Source of the DNA: Dehalococcoidia bacterium
GTDB lineage: Bacteria; Chloroflexota; Dehalococcoidia; UBA6926
Assembly: GCA_965224255.1 (NCBI GenBank)
Contig: CBDCYO010000005.1
Coordinates: 1,107,168 to 1,171,167, forward strand
Reading direction: 5' to 3'
Length of the DNA stretch: 64,000 nucleotides
Below, one piece after another: positions 28,998 to 39,693 of this stretch (within the stretch, counting starts at the first letter, position 1; every line of letters starts with the position of its first letter). The notes under the pieces were generated by a model. That model was not told where the DNA came from, searched no databases, and saw nothing but the letters and a program-made list of their open reading frames with translations. The position numbers and the translations under genes were made by a program.

Positions 28998-30164
28998 ATG
29001 AAGATCCATGAATATCAGGCCAAGGAAATCCTGGCCGCGTTTGGCGTGGCAGTACCAAAGGGGCGCGTCGCGACAACCGCCGATGAGGCTCGCGCCATTG
29101 CGCAGGAACTCGGTGGCCGCGCCGTCGTCAAGGCGCAGGTTCATGCCGGTGGGCGTGGTAAGGCCGGTGGGGTCCGTGTTGTATCGAGCCCCGCTGAGGC
29201 CGCTGAATTCGCAGGTGACCTACTCGGCTCCAATCTCGTGACCGCACAGACCGGCCCGCGGGGCGTGCCGGTGAACGCCGTCCTAGTTGAAGAACCCGTG
29301 GACATCACCAATGAGCTGTACCTGAGCATCACTGTGGATGGCTCCGCGAAATCATCCGTCATCATCGCCTCCGCTGCGGGCGGCATGGAGATTGAGGAGA
29401 TTGCCGAACACTCCCCGGAAAAGATCACCCAGGTACATATCGATCCCCTCATTGGGTATCAGCCCTTCATCGGGCGACGCGTGGCCGCCGCGCTTGGCCT
29501 GGATGCGACTCAGGCGAGGGCCTTCGGCACGCTTCTGGGCGGCATGGTGCGTGCCTTCAATGAGAAGGATCTGGCTCTGATTGAAATCAACCCGCTGGTC
29601 GTCACTGGCGAGGGGAACCTGCTCGCCGCAGATGGCAAGATCAACACAGACGACAACGCCCATTTCCGCCATCCTGATCTCCTCTCACTTCGCGATGCTG
29701 AGCAGGAGGACCCCCTCGAACGCGTCGCCAACGAAAAGGGCGTCCAGTACGTGAAGCTGGATGGTGACGTGGGGTGCATGGTGAATGGTGCCGGACTCGC
29801 GATGGCAACCATGGATGTCATTTCCCAGGTGGGACACGCGCCGGCCAATTTTCTGGACGTTGGCGGCGGCGGCAGCGCGGAGCAAGTTGCTGAGGCATTC
29901 AAGCTCATCGTATCTGATCCAGACGTCAAGAAGGTTCTGATCAACGTCTTTGGCGGCATCCTCCGTTGTGACATTGTTGCGAACGGCATCGTTGCCGCCT
30001 ACAGAGAAGTGGACGTCAATGTGCCAATTATTGTGCGAATGACTGGCACAAATGCAGAAGAAGGCGCGGAAATCCTGCGCACTTCTGACATCACCGTGGC
30101 CGTCGCAAATGACCTGAACGAGGCGGCCGCGAAGGTCGCGGAGGTCAGCGAGGCCACCACTTAA
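28998..30164 (+). CDS. sucC: succinyl-CoA synthetase beta subunit (ADP-forming)
   Basis: MKIHEYQAKEILAAFGV... ATP-grasp N-terminus; CoA-ligase C-domain GDVGCMVNGAGLAMATMD. Confidence 0.9.
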   Translation: MKIHEYQAKEILAAFGVAVPKGRVATTADEARAIAQELGGRAVVKAQVHAGGRGKAGGVRVVSSPAEAAEFAGDLLGSNLVTAQTGPRGVPVNAVLVEEPVDITNELYLSITVDGSAKSSVIIASAAGGMEIEEIAEHSPEKITQVHIDPLIGYQPFIGRRVAAALGLDATQARAFGTLLGGMVRAFNEKDLALIEINPLVVTGEGNLLAADGKINTDDNAHFRHPDLLSLRDAEQEDPLERVANEKGVQYVKLDGDVGCMVNGAGLAMATMDVISQVGHAPANFLDVGGGGSAEQVAEAFKLIVSDPDVKKVLINVFGGILRCDIVANGIVAAYREVDVNVPIIVRMTGTNAEEGAEILRTSDITVAVANDLNEAAAKVAEVSEATT

Positions 30165-30217
30165 CCACAGCCAAACCGGACAACCCCCAAGTGGACAGTT
30201 GAGGAGAACACCCGCAG

Positions 30218-31108
30218 ATGAGCATTCTTGTAGGAGAGGATACCCGCGTCTTGGTTCAGGGAATGAGCGGCCGCGAAGGGACGTTTCAGACCGAACGCTG
30301 CATTGCCTATGGCACCAATATCGTTGCCGGTGTCACCCCTGGACGCGGTGGAACGACACATCTCGACCGCCCCATGTATGACTCCGTCCATGATGCAGTG
30401 GAGCAACAGGGAGCCAACGCCTCACTCATCTTCGTGCCCGCCGCATTCGCGACGGACGCACTGTTGGAGGCGGCGGAGGGCGGCGTGGACCTCATCGCCT
30501 GCATTACGGATGGCCTCCCCACGTTGGACATGGCGCAAGTTGCCCAATATCTCACAAAGAAGGGCGTTCGCCTCATCGGCCCAAACTGCCCGGGGCTCAC
30601 CTCCGTCAAGGAGCGTCAAAAGGTGGGGATCATCCCCGGCAACATTCACATGGAGGGCCGCATCGGCGTCGTGTCCCGTTCAGGCACGCTCACTTATGAG
30701 GCTGTCTCCCAGCTGACTGCTCTTGGTATTGGGCAATCGACATGCGTCGGTGTCGGCGGTGATCCCATCATCGGCCTGCGCCATCGTGATGTCCTTGAAC
30801 TGTTTGAGAATGATGCGGAGACCGACGCCATCGTCCTCATTGGTGAGATTGGCGGCACCGCGGAACAGGAAGCAGCAGAGTACATTGAGGAACACATGAC
30901 CAAGCCGGTGACGGGGTTCATTGCCGGTGCCACCGCGCCGCCCGGACGCCGCATGGGCCACGCGGGGGCGATCATCACGGGAACGGCGGCGACGGCGGAG
31001 GCCAAGAAAGAAGCTCTACGCGCCGCCGGCTGCTACGTCGCTGATAGCCCCGGCCAGATTGGCATCACTGTGCAACGCATGTTGGCAGAGCGGAGGATCT
31101 CTGCCTAA
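30218..31108 (+). CDS. sucD: succinyl-CoA synthetase alpha subunit
   Basis: [13 protein letters not shown]...; phospho-His region GHAGAIITG. Confidence 0.9.
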   Translation: MSILVGEDTRVLVQGMSGREGTFQTERCIAYGTNIVAGVTPGRGGTTHLDRPMYDSVHDAVEQQGANASLIFVPAAFATDALLEAAEGGVDLIACITDGLPTLDMAQVAQYLTKKGVRLIGPNCPGLTSVKERQKVGIIPGNIHMEGRIGVVSRSGTLTYEAVSQLTALGIGQSTCVGVGGDPIIGLRHRDVLELFENDAETDAIVLIGEIGGTAEQEAAEYIEEHMTKPVTGFIAGATAPPGRRMGHAGAIITGTAATAEAKKEALRAAGCYVADSPGQIGITVQRMLAERRISA

Positions 31109-31204
31109 CTTGCCACCTGCGCCAGTGTGCGTATACTAGTATTAGTGATGGAATTCACAGTCTAGCCTGCCTTTCCCAAGGGGCCACGCCAGGGGCCACG
31201 TCGA

Positions 31205-33784
31205 ATGCTACTCACACGCCTTGCTCTGCGCGCGCGTATCCTCACGCTCATCGTTCTTGCGATCGCCATCGCGGCCGGGATCTGGTCATTCACGCGACTT
31301 CAGGTTGAACTGTTTCCGGACGTCGATTTCCCACTGGTCACCGTCGTCACCTTCTATGCGGAAACGGACCCGCAAATCGTTCTTGAAGAAGTGACCCTCC
31401 CTGTTGAGCGAGTACTGCAGGAGCAGGATTCCGTCGCAACGGTCGGTTCCCGCTCCTCCCCGAACCTGTCGGTTGCGTATGCCGAGTTTGCCTTCGGGAC
31501 TGATATGCGTGCCGTTGAAGAGAGTGTGCAAGCAGACATTGAGCGTCTCCGTTTGCCCCCCAACGTGAACCCGCCCCGTGTGAGCCGTCTGAGCTTTGAA
31601 CAATTTCCCGTCCTGCAGGTGAGCGCTCGAGGAGACCGCCCACCGGCTGAGCTACAGAAACTCGTCGAGAACACGGTGCTGCCGCCGCTGCGAGAAATTC
31701 CGGGCGTCGAGAGCGTCGAGATTCCCGTCGATGCGAGCGCGGTCGGCGTGATTAGCCGCACAAATGGCTTCCCCAGCCTAACCATCGATGTTGTCAAGAG
31801 CGCGGATTCCAACACTGTTGACGTTGTTGATGCCTTCTTGGAGAAACTGGAGGATCTCAAGACACAACTGCCGGCTGATATCCAATTCACAGAGATATCC
31901 AACCAGGCGCCGGAGATCGAAAATTCCATCAGCAAACTCGGTCGAGAGGTCGCCCTCGGCGCTGCCCTCGCCGTTCTGGTGATTTTGGCCTTTCTGCTGA
32001 GCGTCCGTCCGACGTTCGTCACAGGCATTTCCATTCCCGCAAGCCTCCTCATCGGCATCATTGTCATGATGATTCAGGACATGAGCCTGAACCTGGTTAC
32101 GCTTGGTGGGCTCGCCATCGCGGCGGGGCGAGTCGTGGATGATTCCATCGTCGTGATGGAGAACATCTACCGACATATCCAGGATGGGCAGAACCGCGTG
32201 GAGGCCGCATATGAAGGCACGCGTGAAGTCGCCCTGCCCATCACAATCTCCACGCTGACGACGATTGCAGTCTTTGCGCCTTTGGGATTCATCGGCGGCA
32301 TCGTTAGCGCGTTCTTCCTGCCATTTGCCCTCACCGTTACGTATGCCCTGCTCGCTTCCCTCATCGTGGCGTTGACCGCCGTTCCGGTATTGGCGAGCCT
32401 GCTCATCACGCGTCATATGACGGACACCGCCGAAGAACTCCTTTCTCGCCGTATCATCCGGGTGTATACGCCATTCATCCACTGGGCGCTTGGGCACCGA
32501 ACCATCACCATTCTCGGCGCGTTTGTGCTCTTCATGGGCAGTCTGGGACTCTTGAACGGGATCCCAATCGGCTTTCTGCCGGGCAGCACGCAGAACGTAT
32601 TGAATATCGAAATCGCAACACCGCCAACACGCCCTCCTGACGCGCTAACCCCATATGTCACTGAGGCGGAGGGTCGACTCGAAGAGCTTCGACTGGCAGG
32701 GGATGTAGCGGCGTACTCCGCGCAGGTTGGGGGCGGCGCGGGGAACTTCGGCGCTGGCTCAGGAAGGCTGACGACGGCTTTCCTCACCGCCCGCCTGAGT
32801 GAGGAGGTTGACGTAGAGGCGATGGCGGATGTGCTCCGTGATGATCTCCGCGGTGAAGGCCGCACCGTGTTCATCTCCCAGGCCTCCGGCGGGGGGCCAG
32901 CCGGCAATGTCCTTGAGGTACGGCTGATCAGCGAAGATTACGCGCTCATGAAGCAGGCAGCTGACGGCCTAACGGGACCCCTGAGTGAGATCGATGGTGT
33001 TATCAACGTTCGTTCAGACGCCGTGGACATCGCGGCAGAGGGACAGTTCGGTCCTGCGGCAATACCCATTTTCCGCACTGATGGCCGGCGGACTATCACT
33101 ATCTCTGGCACCATCACCGCCCAGGATACGCGTGTCATCAGCTCTGAGATCGACCGCATCGTGGCGGAGGTCGGGCTACCCCCGGGCGTGGAGCGGGAGT
33201 CCGGCGGCGTCTTCAGCGATATTCAGGAGGTTTTCAGGGACATGGCCATCGCGATGCTGATTGGCCTCGTGCTGGTCTACGTCGTGATGTTCGTGGCGCA
33301 GCGTTCTCTTATTACGCCGCTCATTATCCTGTTTGCTGTGCCGTTGGCCAGCATTGGCGCACTTGGCGGGCTGTTCATCACACAGCGCACGCTTGGGCTG
33401 CCAGCGCTGATGGGTATTCTCATGCTCATTGGGTTGGTTGTCACCAACGCCGTCGTTCTCATCGCCTTCGTCGATCAGCTCCGCGCGCAGGGGCTGCGCG
33501 TTCGGGATGCGCTCATCCAGGGCGGCCGTGCCCGCCTGCGCCCCATCCTGATGACTGCCCTGACGACCAGCTTCGTCCTCCTGCCCCTGGGGCTGGAGGA
33601 GGCCGGCGCTGGTGGAATTATCGGTGCGGAATTGGCAACGGTGATCGTTGGCGGCCTGATGACATCAACCCTACTGACCCTTGTCGTAGTCCCCGTCATC
33701 TACAGCATCATGCGGAGGGATCGCCGCACAGACGCCGATGCGTCGAATGGCCCCACGCCCGCGCCGGCTGGCGGCGCAGAGTGA
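31205..33784 (+). CDS. RND-family efflux transporter permease (AcrB-like, short form)
   Basis: N-terminal TM1 followed by large periplasmic loop, FPDVDFPLVTVVTFY motif, 12-TM/two-loop topology. Confidence 0.65.
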   Translation: MLLTRLALRARILTLIVLAIAIAAGIWSFTRLQVELFPDVDFPLVTVVTFYAETDPQIVLEEVTLPVERVLQEQDSVATVGSRSSPNLSVAYAEFAFGTDMRAVEESVQADIERLRLPPNVNPPRVSRLSFEQFPVLQVSARGDRPPAELQKLVENTVLPPLREIPGVESVEIPVDASAVGVISRTNGFPSLTIDVVKSADSNTVDVVDAFLEKLEDLKTQLPADIQFTEISNQAPEIENSISKLGREVALGAALAVLVILAFLLSVRPTFVTGISIPASLLIGIIVMMIQDMSLNLVTLGGLAIAAGRVVDDSIVVMENIYRHIQDGQNRVEAAYEGTREVALPITISTLTTIAVFAPLGFIGGIVSAFFLPFALTVTYALLASLIVALTAVPVLASLLITRHMTDTAEELLSRRIIRVYTPFIHWALGHRTITILGAFVLFMGSLGLLNGIPIGFLPGSTQNVLNIEIATPPTRPPDALTPYVTEAEGRLEELRLAGDVAAYSAQVGGGAGNFGAGSGRLTTAFLTARLSEEVDVEAMADVLRDDLRGEGRTVFISQASGGGPAGNVLEVRLISEDYALMKQAADGLTGPLSEIDGVINVRSDAVDIAAEGQFGPAAIPIFRTDGRRTITISGTITAQDTRVISSEIDRIVAEVGLPPGVERESGGVFSDIQEVFRDMAIAMLIGLVLVYVVMFVAQRSLITPLIILFAVPLASIGALGGLFITQRTLGLPALMGILMLIGLVVTNAVVLIAFVDQLRAQGLRVRDALIQGGRARLRPILMTALTTSFVLLPLGLEEAGAGGIIGAELATVIVGGLMTSTLLTLVVVPVIYSIMRRDRRTDADASNGPTPAPAGGAE

Positions 33785-33802
33785 AGCAGTTGGGGATTCA
33801 TA

Positions 33803-34624
33803 CTAATCTCCGCTGCTGAAGAGATCCGTCTCCGGCGGCAAGCCCGGAGGTGCCGGAGGGATGAGGCGGGCGTAGACCTCACGCGGAGCGAGGAGTCTGC
33901 GAAGGCGAGGCGATAGTAGCTCCCAACGTCGCATCCACCATGCGCCCTCGCGCAGCGCGCTTGGGTAGCACCGTGCCGCCGCTCTCCTTTGCGCCAATAC
34001 GCCACGCACGTCTATGTAGGTGGTCGGGCGCTGTTCTTCCGCCACGCGCATGGCGGTTCTCATCGATTCAGATGTGCCGCGTCTGAAAAGCGAAGTGACC
34101 CTCGATCGTGCGGCGAGCTGTCGGCGCGCGAACACGGCGGCATAGAGCCGCGTCTGAGGGGCAGCAGAACCTGCCTCATCGTTCAGCACGAGAGCGGCTT
34201 CATCTGTCGCCGCGCCTATGGCGATGTGTTCTGGATGTCCGGTCGCGCCAGTCGCGTCAAACGTAATGACAACGTCTGGGCGCAGTCGACGGAGCTCCGT
34301 GAGAACTGCTCCAGACAGCGTGGGGGCGCCGTCATCGCTGCCCGCGCCGTCCGTATCGATGTGCGGTAGGCAACGCCATTCCGTGAGACCGAGGACGCGC
34401 ACGGCCGCCTCAAGCTCTGCGATGCGCTCCCGTGTTGGCATTCCACCCGCGTCCGGACCAAACGGGCCATAGACAACCCGCACGTCATATCCGCCTGCTG
34501 CGTACAGCGCCAGCGTCCCGCCAATAATGAACGTCTCATCATCGGGATGGGCGAGGACGGCAACGATGCGGCGCCGGGTCTGGTCGTCCTCGGCGGCGTG
34601 TGGGGCGGAGGCTGAAATGGACAT
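33803..34624 (-). CDS. PIG-L/LmbE family N-acetylglucosaminyl deacetylase
   Basis: VAVLAHPDDETFIIGGTLA (xHPDDE zinc motif) ...HPEH. Confidence 0.75.
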   Translation of the reverse strand: MSISASAPHAAEDDQTRRRIVAVLAHPDDETFIIGGTLALYAAGGYDVRVVYGPFGPDAGGMPTRERIAELEAAVRVLGLTEWRCLPHIDTDGAGSDDGAPTLSGAVLTELRRLRPDVVITFDATGATGHPEHIAIGAATDEAALVLNDEAGSAAPQTRLYAAVFARRQLAARSRVTSLFRRGTSESMRTAMRVAEEQRPTTYIDVRGVLAQRRAAARCYPSALREGAWWMRRWELLSPRLRRLLAPREVYARLIPPAPPGLPPETDLFSSGD

Positions 34625-34740
34625 ATCAGAGGCTGTTCACAATCGTGCGCGCATTCGATCGGCAGTGCACCTATAATAGGGACAATTCTGTCCGATCTGG
34701 AGCGGGGAGCAGATTCGGAGAGACGCGAAGAGGAGGAGCC

Positions 34741-35646
34741 ATGCGGATCGGCGCGTTTGAAGTACAAGAACCCCTGCCTGAACTACGTGATCCGCATATA
34801 TTCGCCATCCTCCAGCCATGGATCGATGTGGGTTCCGTGGGAACGCTGGCTCTCGGAACGCTCGAAGCGCAGTTTAACGCGACGGAGTTGGGCCGCCTCG
34901 CCCGTCCCAGTCAGTTCTATGACCTCACTCGCTACCGCCCCATGCTGTATCGCCGCCGTGGCGAGCGCGTCGTTGAGATCCCCAACACCATCGTACGGTA
35001 TGCGGTGAGCGATGGCGGGAATGACTTTATCTTCATGCACATCCTGGAGCCACATGCCAACGGAGAGGATTTTGTGGAGGGACTGCTGGAGTTGGCTGAT
35101 CGGTTGAACGTGCGACGCTATTGCCAGGTGGGCGCGATGTACGGGTCTGCCCCCCACACCCGGCCACTATTGGCGAGTGGCCAGGCATCGAATCCTGAGG
35201 TGCAATCACTGCTTGTGCGCGCCGGTGTTCGCACATCCAACTACGAAGGCCCGACGAGCATGATGGCCATCGCCACGCAAGAACTCATCAAACGGGGCGT
35301 CGATACACTCTCGGCGCTGATCCAGCTCCCACCCTACGCCCGGCTCGAGGAGGATCATCGCGGGCAGGAGAAGCTCCTCAAGCTGCTGTCACCCATCTAC
35401 AGCTTTCAGATCGAAAACCTGACAAAGATCGAGCAGGATGGGGATAGGCAGTATGCGGAGATCGACCGCATGGCGCAGCGGGAGCCGCGTGTCCGTTCCC
35501 TAGTCAAGCAACTTGAAGAGGCCTACGATAGCGAAGTTGGCGCCGAGCAGGGCGAAATTGGCGAGATGACCGAGCAGGAGCCGCCACGCCTCGCCCCGGA
35601 CGTGGAGGACTTCCTGCGGGAACTTGAGGAGCGACGGGACGAGTAA
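34741..35646 (+). CDS. PAC2 (proteasome assembly chaperone 2)-family protein
   Basis: N-terminal pattern LRDPHIFAILQPWIDVGSVGTLA resembling bacterial PAC2 proteins, acidic C-terminus; start trimmed to MRIGAFEV. Confidence 0.5.
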   Translation: MRIGAFEVQEPLPELRDPHIFAILQPWIDVGSVGTLALGTLEAQFNATELGRLARPSQFYDLTRYRPMLYRRRGERVVEIPNTIVRYAVSDGGNDFIFMHILEPHANGEDFVEGLLELADRLNVRRYCQVGAMYGSAPHTRPLLASGQASNPEVQSLLVRAGVRTSNYEGPTSMMAIATQELIKRGVDTLSALIQLPPYARLEEDHRGQEKLLKLLSPIYSFQIENLTKIEQDGDRQYAEIDRMAQREPRVRSLVKQLEEAYDSEVGAEQGEIGEMTEQEPPRLAPDVEDFLRELEERRDE

Positions 35647-35702
35647 CGGATGCTGTTCGAACTTTTCTCGACTCTCGCAGAAGCCGGATCAAGGAGATGT
35701 AG

Positions 35703-36404
35703 ATGAGACGCTGGGCTCCAATAATTCCCGCTGCGATTCTCATCGCCGTGGGTTCCCTTTTCCTTGCGGACAATCTGTGGTCCCTCGCCGTGTGGGGAGT
35801 GATGTGGTCGGGGCTGCTCATCGTGCTCGGCCTATTGTGGATCGTCCGTGGACCGTTGTGGTTGGGTGTCGTCGTCGTCGTTGCGGGCGGCATATTCCTT
35901 GCTGATGCCCTTGATACGGGCATGGAGATTGGTACGTGGTGGCCACTCCTCATCGTCGCGCTTGGCGTCGGCGTTCTGCTCGAACGGTTGCGCATCAAGC
36001 AACGGCTGGGAATCCAACCACCACGCCCGGCCGTTAGCGCCCGGCCCCCCAGCGCTGAAGTCCACACCCTTTCTCTAGACACAATTGACATCTCCGCCAC
36101 CGGTGCAAGCACGCATCATGCGGTCGTATCGCAGGCCTTCCTCCGGGGCGCCGCATCCGCAACGTTCGGTCAGATAGACTTGGACTTGCGACAGGCACGC
36201 CTGCATGAGGATGGCGCCGAGATGCAGCTTGCGGCAACGTTTGGTCAGGTGATTTTGCGCGTGCCGGATACGTGGGTCATCCTTCAAGAAGCATCCAATC
36301 GCTTTGGGCGGGCGGAGATTGCGCGTAGCGACAATCCGACTGAGGGGCCGGAGCTCCGCCTGCACATCACCACGACGTTCGGCCACGTCGCGATATCGGA
36401 TTAG
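35703..36404 (+). CDS. LiaF-like / DUF2154 (toast-rack) domain membrane protein
   Basis: N-terminal 4-TM block; C-terminal repeated beta pattern FGQVILRVPDTWVILQ...HITTTFGHVAISD. Confidence 0.45.
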   Translation: MRRWAPIIPAAILIAVGSLFLADNLWSLAVWGVMWSGLLIVLGLLWIVRGPLWLGVVVVVAGGIFLADALDTGMEIGTWWPLLIVALGVGVLLERLRIKQRLGIQPPRPAVSARPPSAEVHTLSLDTIDISATGASTHHAVVSQAFLRGAASATFGQIDLDLRQARLHEDGAEMQLAATFGQVILRVPDTWVILQEASNRFGRAEIARSDNPTEGPELRLHITTTFGHVAISD

Positions 36405-36434
36405 CCCCCGACAGCCCGCCGTCGGTACGGACGG

Positions 36435-37856
36435 CTAGCCCAGATCAGGTGTGCGGCGGTGCCACGCGGTTGCCTGTTGGTATGCGTGGCCAACGTTGAA
36501 GGTCGTCTGTTCATCCCAGACATTCGCGACGATCTGCATTCCGGCCGGTAGTCCCTGGGAATCAAAGCCGCAGGGGACACTGAGAGCGGGCATCCCCGTT
36601 AGATTGAACGGAAAGAGATTGCGCGTGCGGAGGAACGACGCCTCCTCCTCCCTGTCGCCGATCTGCACCATGACCTGTCCGAGGCGAGCTGCGGTGTAGG
36701 GTACGGTCGGCAGAACGAGCACATCGTAGCGGCTCAATGCTCGCTGGACCCCCTCTGCGAACATGGCGCGGGCGCGCTGAGCGTTCACATAATCCATTGC
36801 GGGGATCGTGTAGCCGGGGATCAGGCGGTCAAGAATCGCGGCCCCGTACTCACTGCCTTGTCCTTGCTGTATCCAGCGCTGGTGATAGGCGGCGGCTTCC
36901 GCCGGCAGAAGTGTAGCGAACAGGGCAGGCAGCGTATGTGTGTGGTCAAGCATGATGTCCTCGAGCTCCATGCCGAGCCCGCGCAGCACATCAAATGCCT
37001 GCTCGTTGAGCTGCGCCACTTCAGGGACGATTGGATCCCAAAAGTACCCCCGCACGATACCGGCGCGGAGCCGGGTCACCTGTACATCGAGGTTCGCAGC
37101 AAAATCTGGCACAGTGCGCCGCGCCGTCGTCTCATCCCTCGCGTCGTGTCCTGCGATGGCGCTCAATACCAGGGCGGCGTCCTCTGCACTACGTGCCAGT
37201 GGCCCGGCGTGATCAAGCGTCCACGCGAGGGGCACAACGCCGGATCTGCTCACGCGGCCGAACGACGGCTTAATGCCGGTTACGCCATTGAAGTGGGACG
37301 GATTGCGGATGGAGGCGGCTGTATCTGTGCCAAGAGCCGCGTAGGCCAAGCGGGCGGCGACCACCGCGCCAGAACCCCCGGATGATCCCCCCGAACTCCG
37401 CCCCCTGTCCCATGGGTTGTGCGTAACACCGTAATGGGTGTTCTCAGTCGTACCGCCAAAGGCAAATTCGTCCATGTTTGCCCGGCCGATAATGATAGCT
37501 CCTGCCTGTCGCAGGCGGTGAACTGCCGTGGCGTCCTCATCCGGCCGCCAGTCAGCTAGGATGCTTGATCCCGCCGATGACGGAATGCCCCGCTCCGCAA
37601 AGAGATCCTTGATGGCGATGGGGACGCCATGCAGCGGGCCGTGATCGATGCCGGCGGCAAGCAGGGCGTCCGCTGCCCGTGCCTGCGCCATCGCTTGTTC
37701 GGTGTGGACGGCGACGTAGCCGTTAATCTGCGGCTCAATCCGCTCAATCCGTTCCAACTGAGCCCGCGTCACGTCCTCACAGGAGATATCGCGAGCTTGG
37801 ATGCGCGCGGAGACCTCAGCGAGTGAGAGGGCAGTGATGTCCGCGCTGCTTGTCAT
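36435..37856 (-). CDS. amidase signature (AS) family enzyme
   Basis: GGSSGGSGAVVAARL (Ser-cis-Ser-Lys triad region), K at IAIKDLF. Confidence 0.85.
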   Translation of the reverse strand: MTSSADITALSLAEVSARIQARDISCEDVTRAQLERIERIEPQINGYVAVHTEQAMAQARAADALLAAGIDHGPLHGVPIAIKDLFAERGIPSSAGSSILADWRPDEDATAVHRLRQAGAIIIGRANMDEFAFGGTTENTHYGVTHNPWDRGRSSGGSSGGSGAVVAARLAYAALGTDTAASIRNPSHFNGVTGIKPSFGRVSRSGVVPLAWTLDHAGPLARSAEDAALVLSAIAGHDARDETTARRTVPDFAANLDVQVTRLRAGIVRGYFWDPIVPEVAQLNEQAFDVLRGLGMELEDIMLDHTHTLPALFATLLPAEAAAYHQRWIQQGQGSEYGAAILDRLIPGYTIPAMDYVNAQRARAMFAEGVQRALSRYDVLVLPTVPYTAARLGQVMVQIGDREEEASFLRTRNLFPFNLTGMPALSVPCGFDSQGLPAGMQIVANVWDEQTTFNVGHAYQQATAWHRRTPDLG

Positions 37857-37889
37857 GGAGGGTTTGTCCCACTCACTGTTAAGGGTAGC

Positions 37890-39317
37890 TCAGGGAGTGG
37901 TGTCAGCGGGCGGCCGCCACGTGTGCCAATCGGTTTCCTTCTGATACGCATGCCCGGTGCGCAGTACAGTCGCCTCATCGAACGGCCGTCCCGCGATCTG
38001 GAGACCGATTGGTAGCTCATCACTACTGAAACCGCACGGGACAGTCATGGCGGGGACGCCCAGGAGATTGAACGGCGACATGTTGCGCGTCAGTGCACGC
38101 GTGAGTTGCATCTGCCCGGTCCCCAAATCGACGGTCTCATACGCGTGGCCAATTTTCGGCGCAGTGACCGGCGTGGTTGGGAGGGCCAGAATGTCCACTC
38201 GGCGGTAGATCTCCCTCATCTTGTCGCGCAGGACGGCACGAAGGCGCTGGGCATTGACATAGTCGACTGCGGGGATCGTCGCGCCCTGTTGGAGTCCGGC
38301 CAGGACGCGGGGATCGTAGTCTTGGGGCCGCTCACGCATCCAGCGGTGATGATAGGCGGCGGCATCGGCAAAGAGGATGGATGTCTGCATGGTGACGAGA
38401 TCATCCGCGAGGGGGAATTCGATTTCTACGATGCGTGCGCCCAGCCCCTCCAACACCGTGATGCCCGCGCGAACAGCATCCGCCACTTCTGGGTCAATCG
38501 GCTCCCAAAAGGGATCCCCGGGGATGCCGATCGTGAGACCCTCGATGGGATCGTCGAGGTTTGCCAGATAGTCCGGAACCGGGCGATTGGCGGACGTGGG
38601 ATCGCGCGGATCATGGCCGGCGATGACCTGCAATGTGCGCGCGCAGTCCTCCGCCGTTCGCGCCAGTGGCCCCACGTGGTCGAGCGACCAGGAAAGAGGG
38701 AGGCATCCATCGCGGCTAACGAGGCCGTAGGTTGACTTGATACCACTGACGCCGCATAGCGATGCCGGAATACGAATGGAGCCGCCGGTGTCTGTTCCGA
38801 TGGCCATGTACCCCATGCCCATAGCGACGGCCGCGGCAGAACCCCCACTGGAGCCGCCCGGCACGTGCTCCCGATTCCACGGATTATGCGTGTTGCCGTA
38901 ATGTGGATTCTCCGTCGTGACGCCAAACGCGAACTCATGGAGGTTCGTCTTGCCGACGATGACCGCGCCAGCCTGCCGAAGCTTGCGAATGACCGTCGCG
39001 TCCCGGTCCGGCTTCCAGTCCGCGAGGATTCTGGACCCCGCAGTGGTTGTGATGCCGGCTGTCGTCAGAATGTCCTTAACGGCCACGGGAACCCCGTGGA
39101 GCGGGCCAAGCACGTGTCCCGCGCGTAGCATGTGATCCGCCGCCTCCGCCTCATGGAGGGCCTGATCCCGCAGGACGGTCACAAAGGCGTTAATCGTATC
39201 GTCCGCATGGGCGATGTGCTCAAGCACGTCCTCCAACGCGTGGGTCGCAGAGACCTCCTGCGAGTGGATGCGGCGTGCGATCTCTGTTAAAGAGAGGCCG
39301 ACACGCTCCTCATTCAT
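37890..39317 (-). CDS. amidase signature (AS) family enzyme (second, tandem paralog)
   Basis: GGSSGGSAAAVAMG, VAVKDIL; start trimmed to MNEERVGL; stop-start overlap with downstream-upstream neighbours. Confidence 0.85.
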   Translation of the reverse strand: MNEERVGLSLTEIARRIHSQEVSATHALEDVLEHIAHADDTINAFVTVLRDQALHEAEAADHMLRAGHVLGPLHGVPVAVKDILTTAGITTTAGSRILADWKPDRDATVIRKLRQAGAVIVGKTNLHEFAFGVTTENPHYGNTHNPWNREHVPGGSSGGSAAAVAMGMGYMAIGTDTGGSIRIPASLCGVSGIKSTYGLVSRDGCLPLSWSLDHVGPLARTAEDCARTLQVIAGHDPRDPTSANRPVPDYLANLDDPIEGLTIGIPGDPFWEPIDPEVADAVRAGITVLEGLGARIVEIEFPLADDLVTMQTSILFADAAAYHHRWMRERPQDYDPRVLAGLQQGATIPAVDYVNAQRLRAVLRDKMREIYRRVDILALPTTPVTAPKIGHAYETVDLGTGQMQLTRALTRNMSPFNLLGVPAMTVPCGFSSDELPIGLQIAGRPFDEATVLRTGHAYQKETDWHTWRPPADTTP

Positions 39318-39318
39318 G

Positions 39319-39519
39319 CTAGCCCCCGACGGACCCGGCATCAGGGTCATACGTGACGGACGGCTCCGTGAGACCCAGATCCATATCATCGAGACGCGTC
39401 ATCGCCTCCTGATAGAATGCGACGCGCCTCTGCAACCCTGGCAATGCTTCCTCATCGATGTGCAGGCCCAGCATCGCCAACTGCGCACGTAGCTCCCCCG
39501 TCGTTGGTACTGGTCTCAT
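39319..39519 (-). CDS. GatC-like small subunit (AtzG-type partner of amidase)
   Basis: ~67 aa MRPVPTTGELRAQLAMLGLHIDEEALPGLQRRVAFYQEAMTRLDDMDLGLTEP matches GatC pattern (LA.L..L.l.eee...l......i..yv..L..vD...vEP); ends 2 nt before amidase start. Confidence 0.45.
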   Translation of the reverse strand: MRPVPTTGELRAQLAMLGLHIDEEALPGLQRRVAFYQEAMTRLDDMDLGLTEPSVTYDPDAGSVGG

Positions 39520-39693
39520 CCGTCTGCCCCCCAACGTTGCCCCCGGCGCATGCTTTCCCCAGATTTCACCGCCAACCGTCATCATACGGCATCGACATGT
39601 GAGGGAGGGCGGCGAAGCGGAGCGAGGACGGCCGTCCATAATGGACCGTGTCAACCCCGCCCGTCGCTCCCCGTAGGGGAGAGCGCATTGGGC

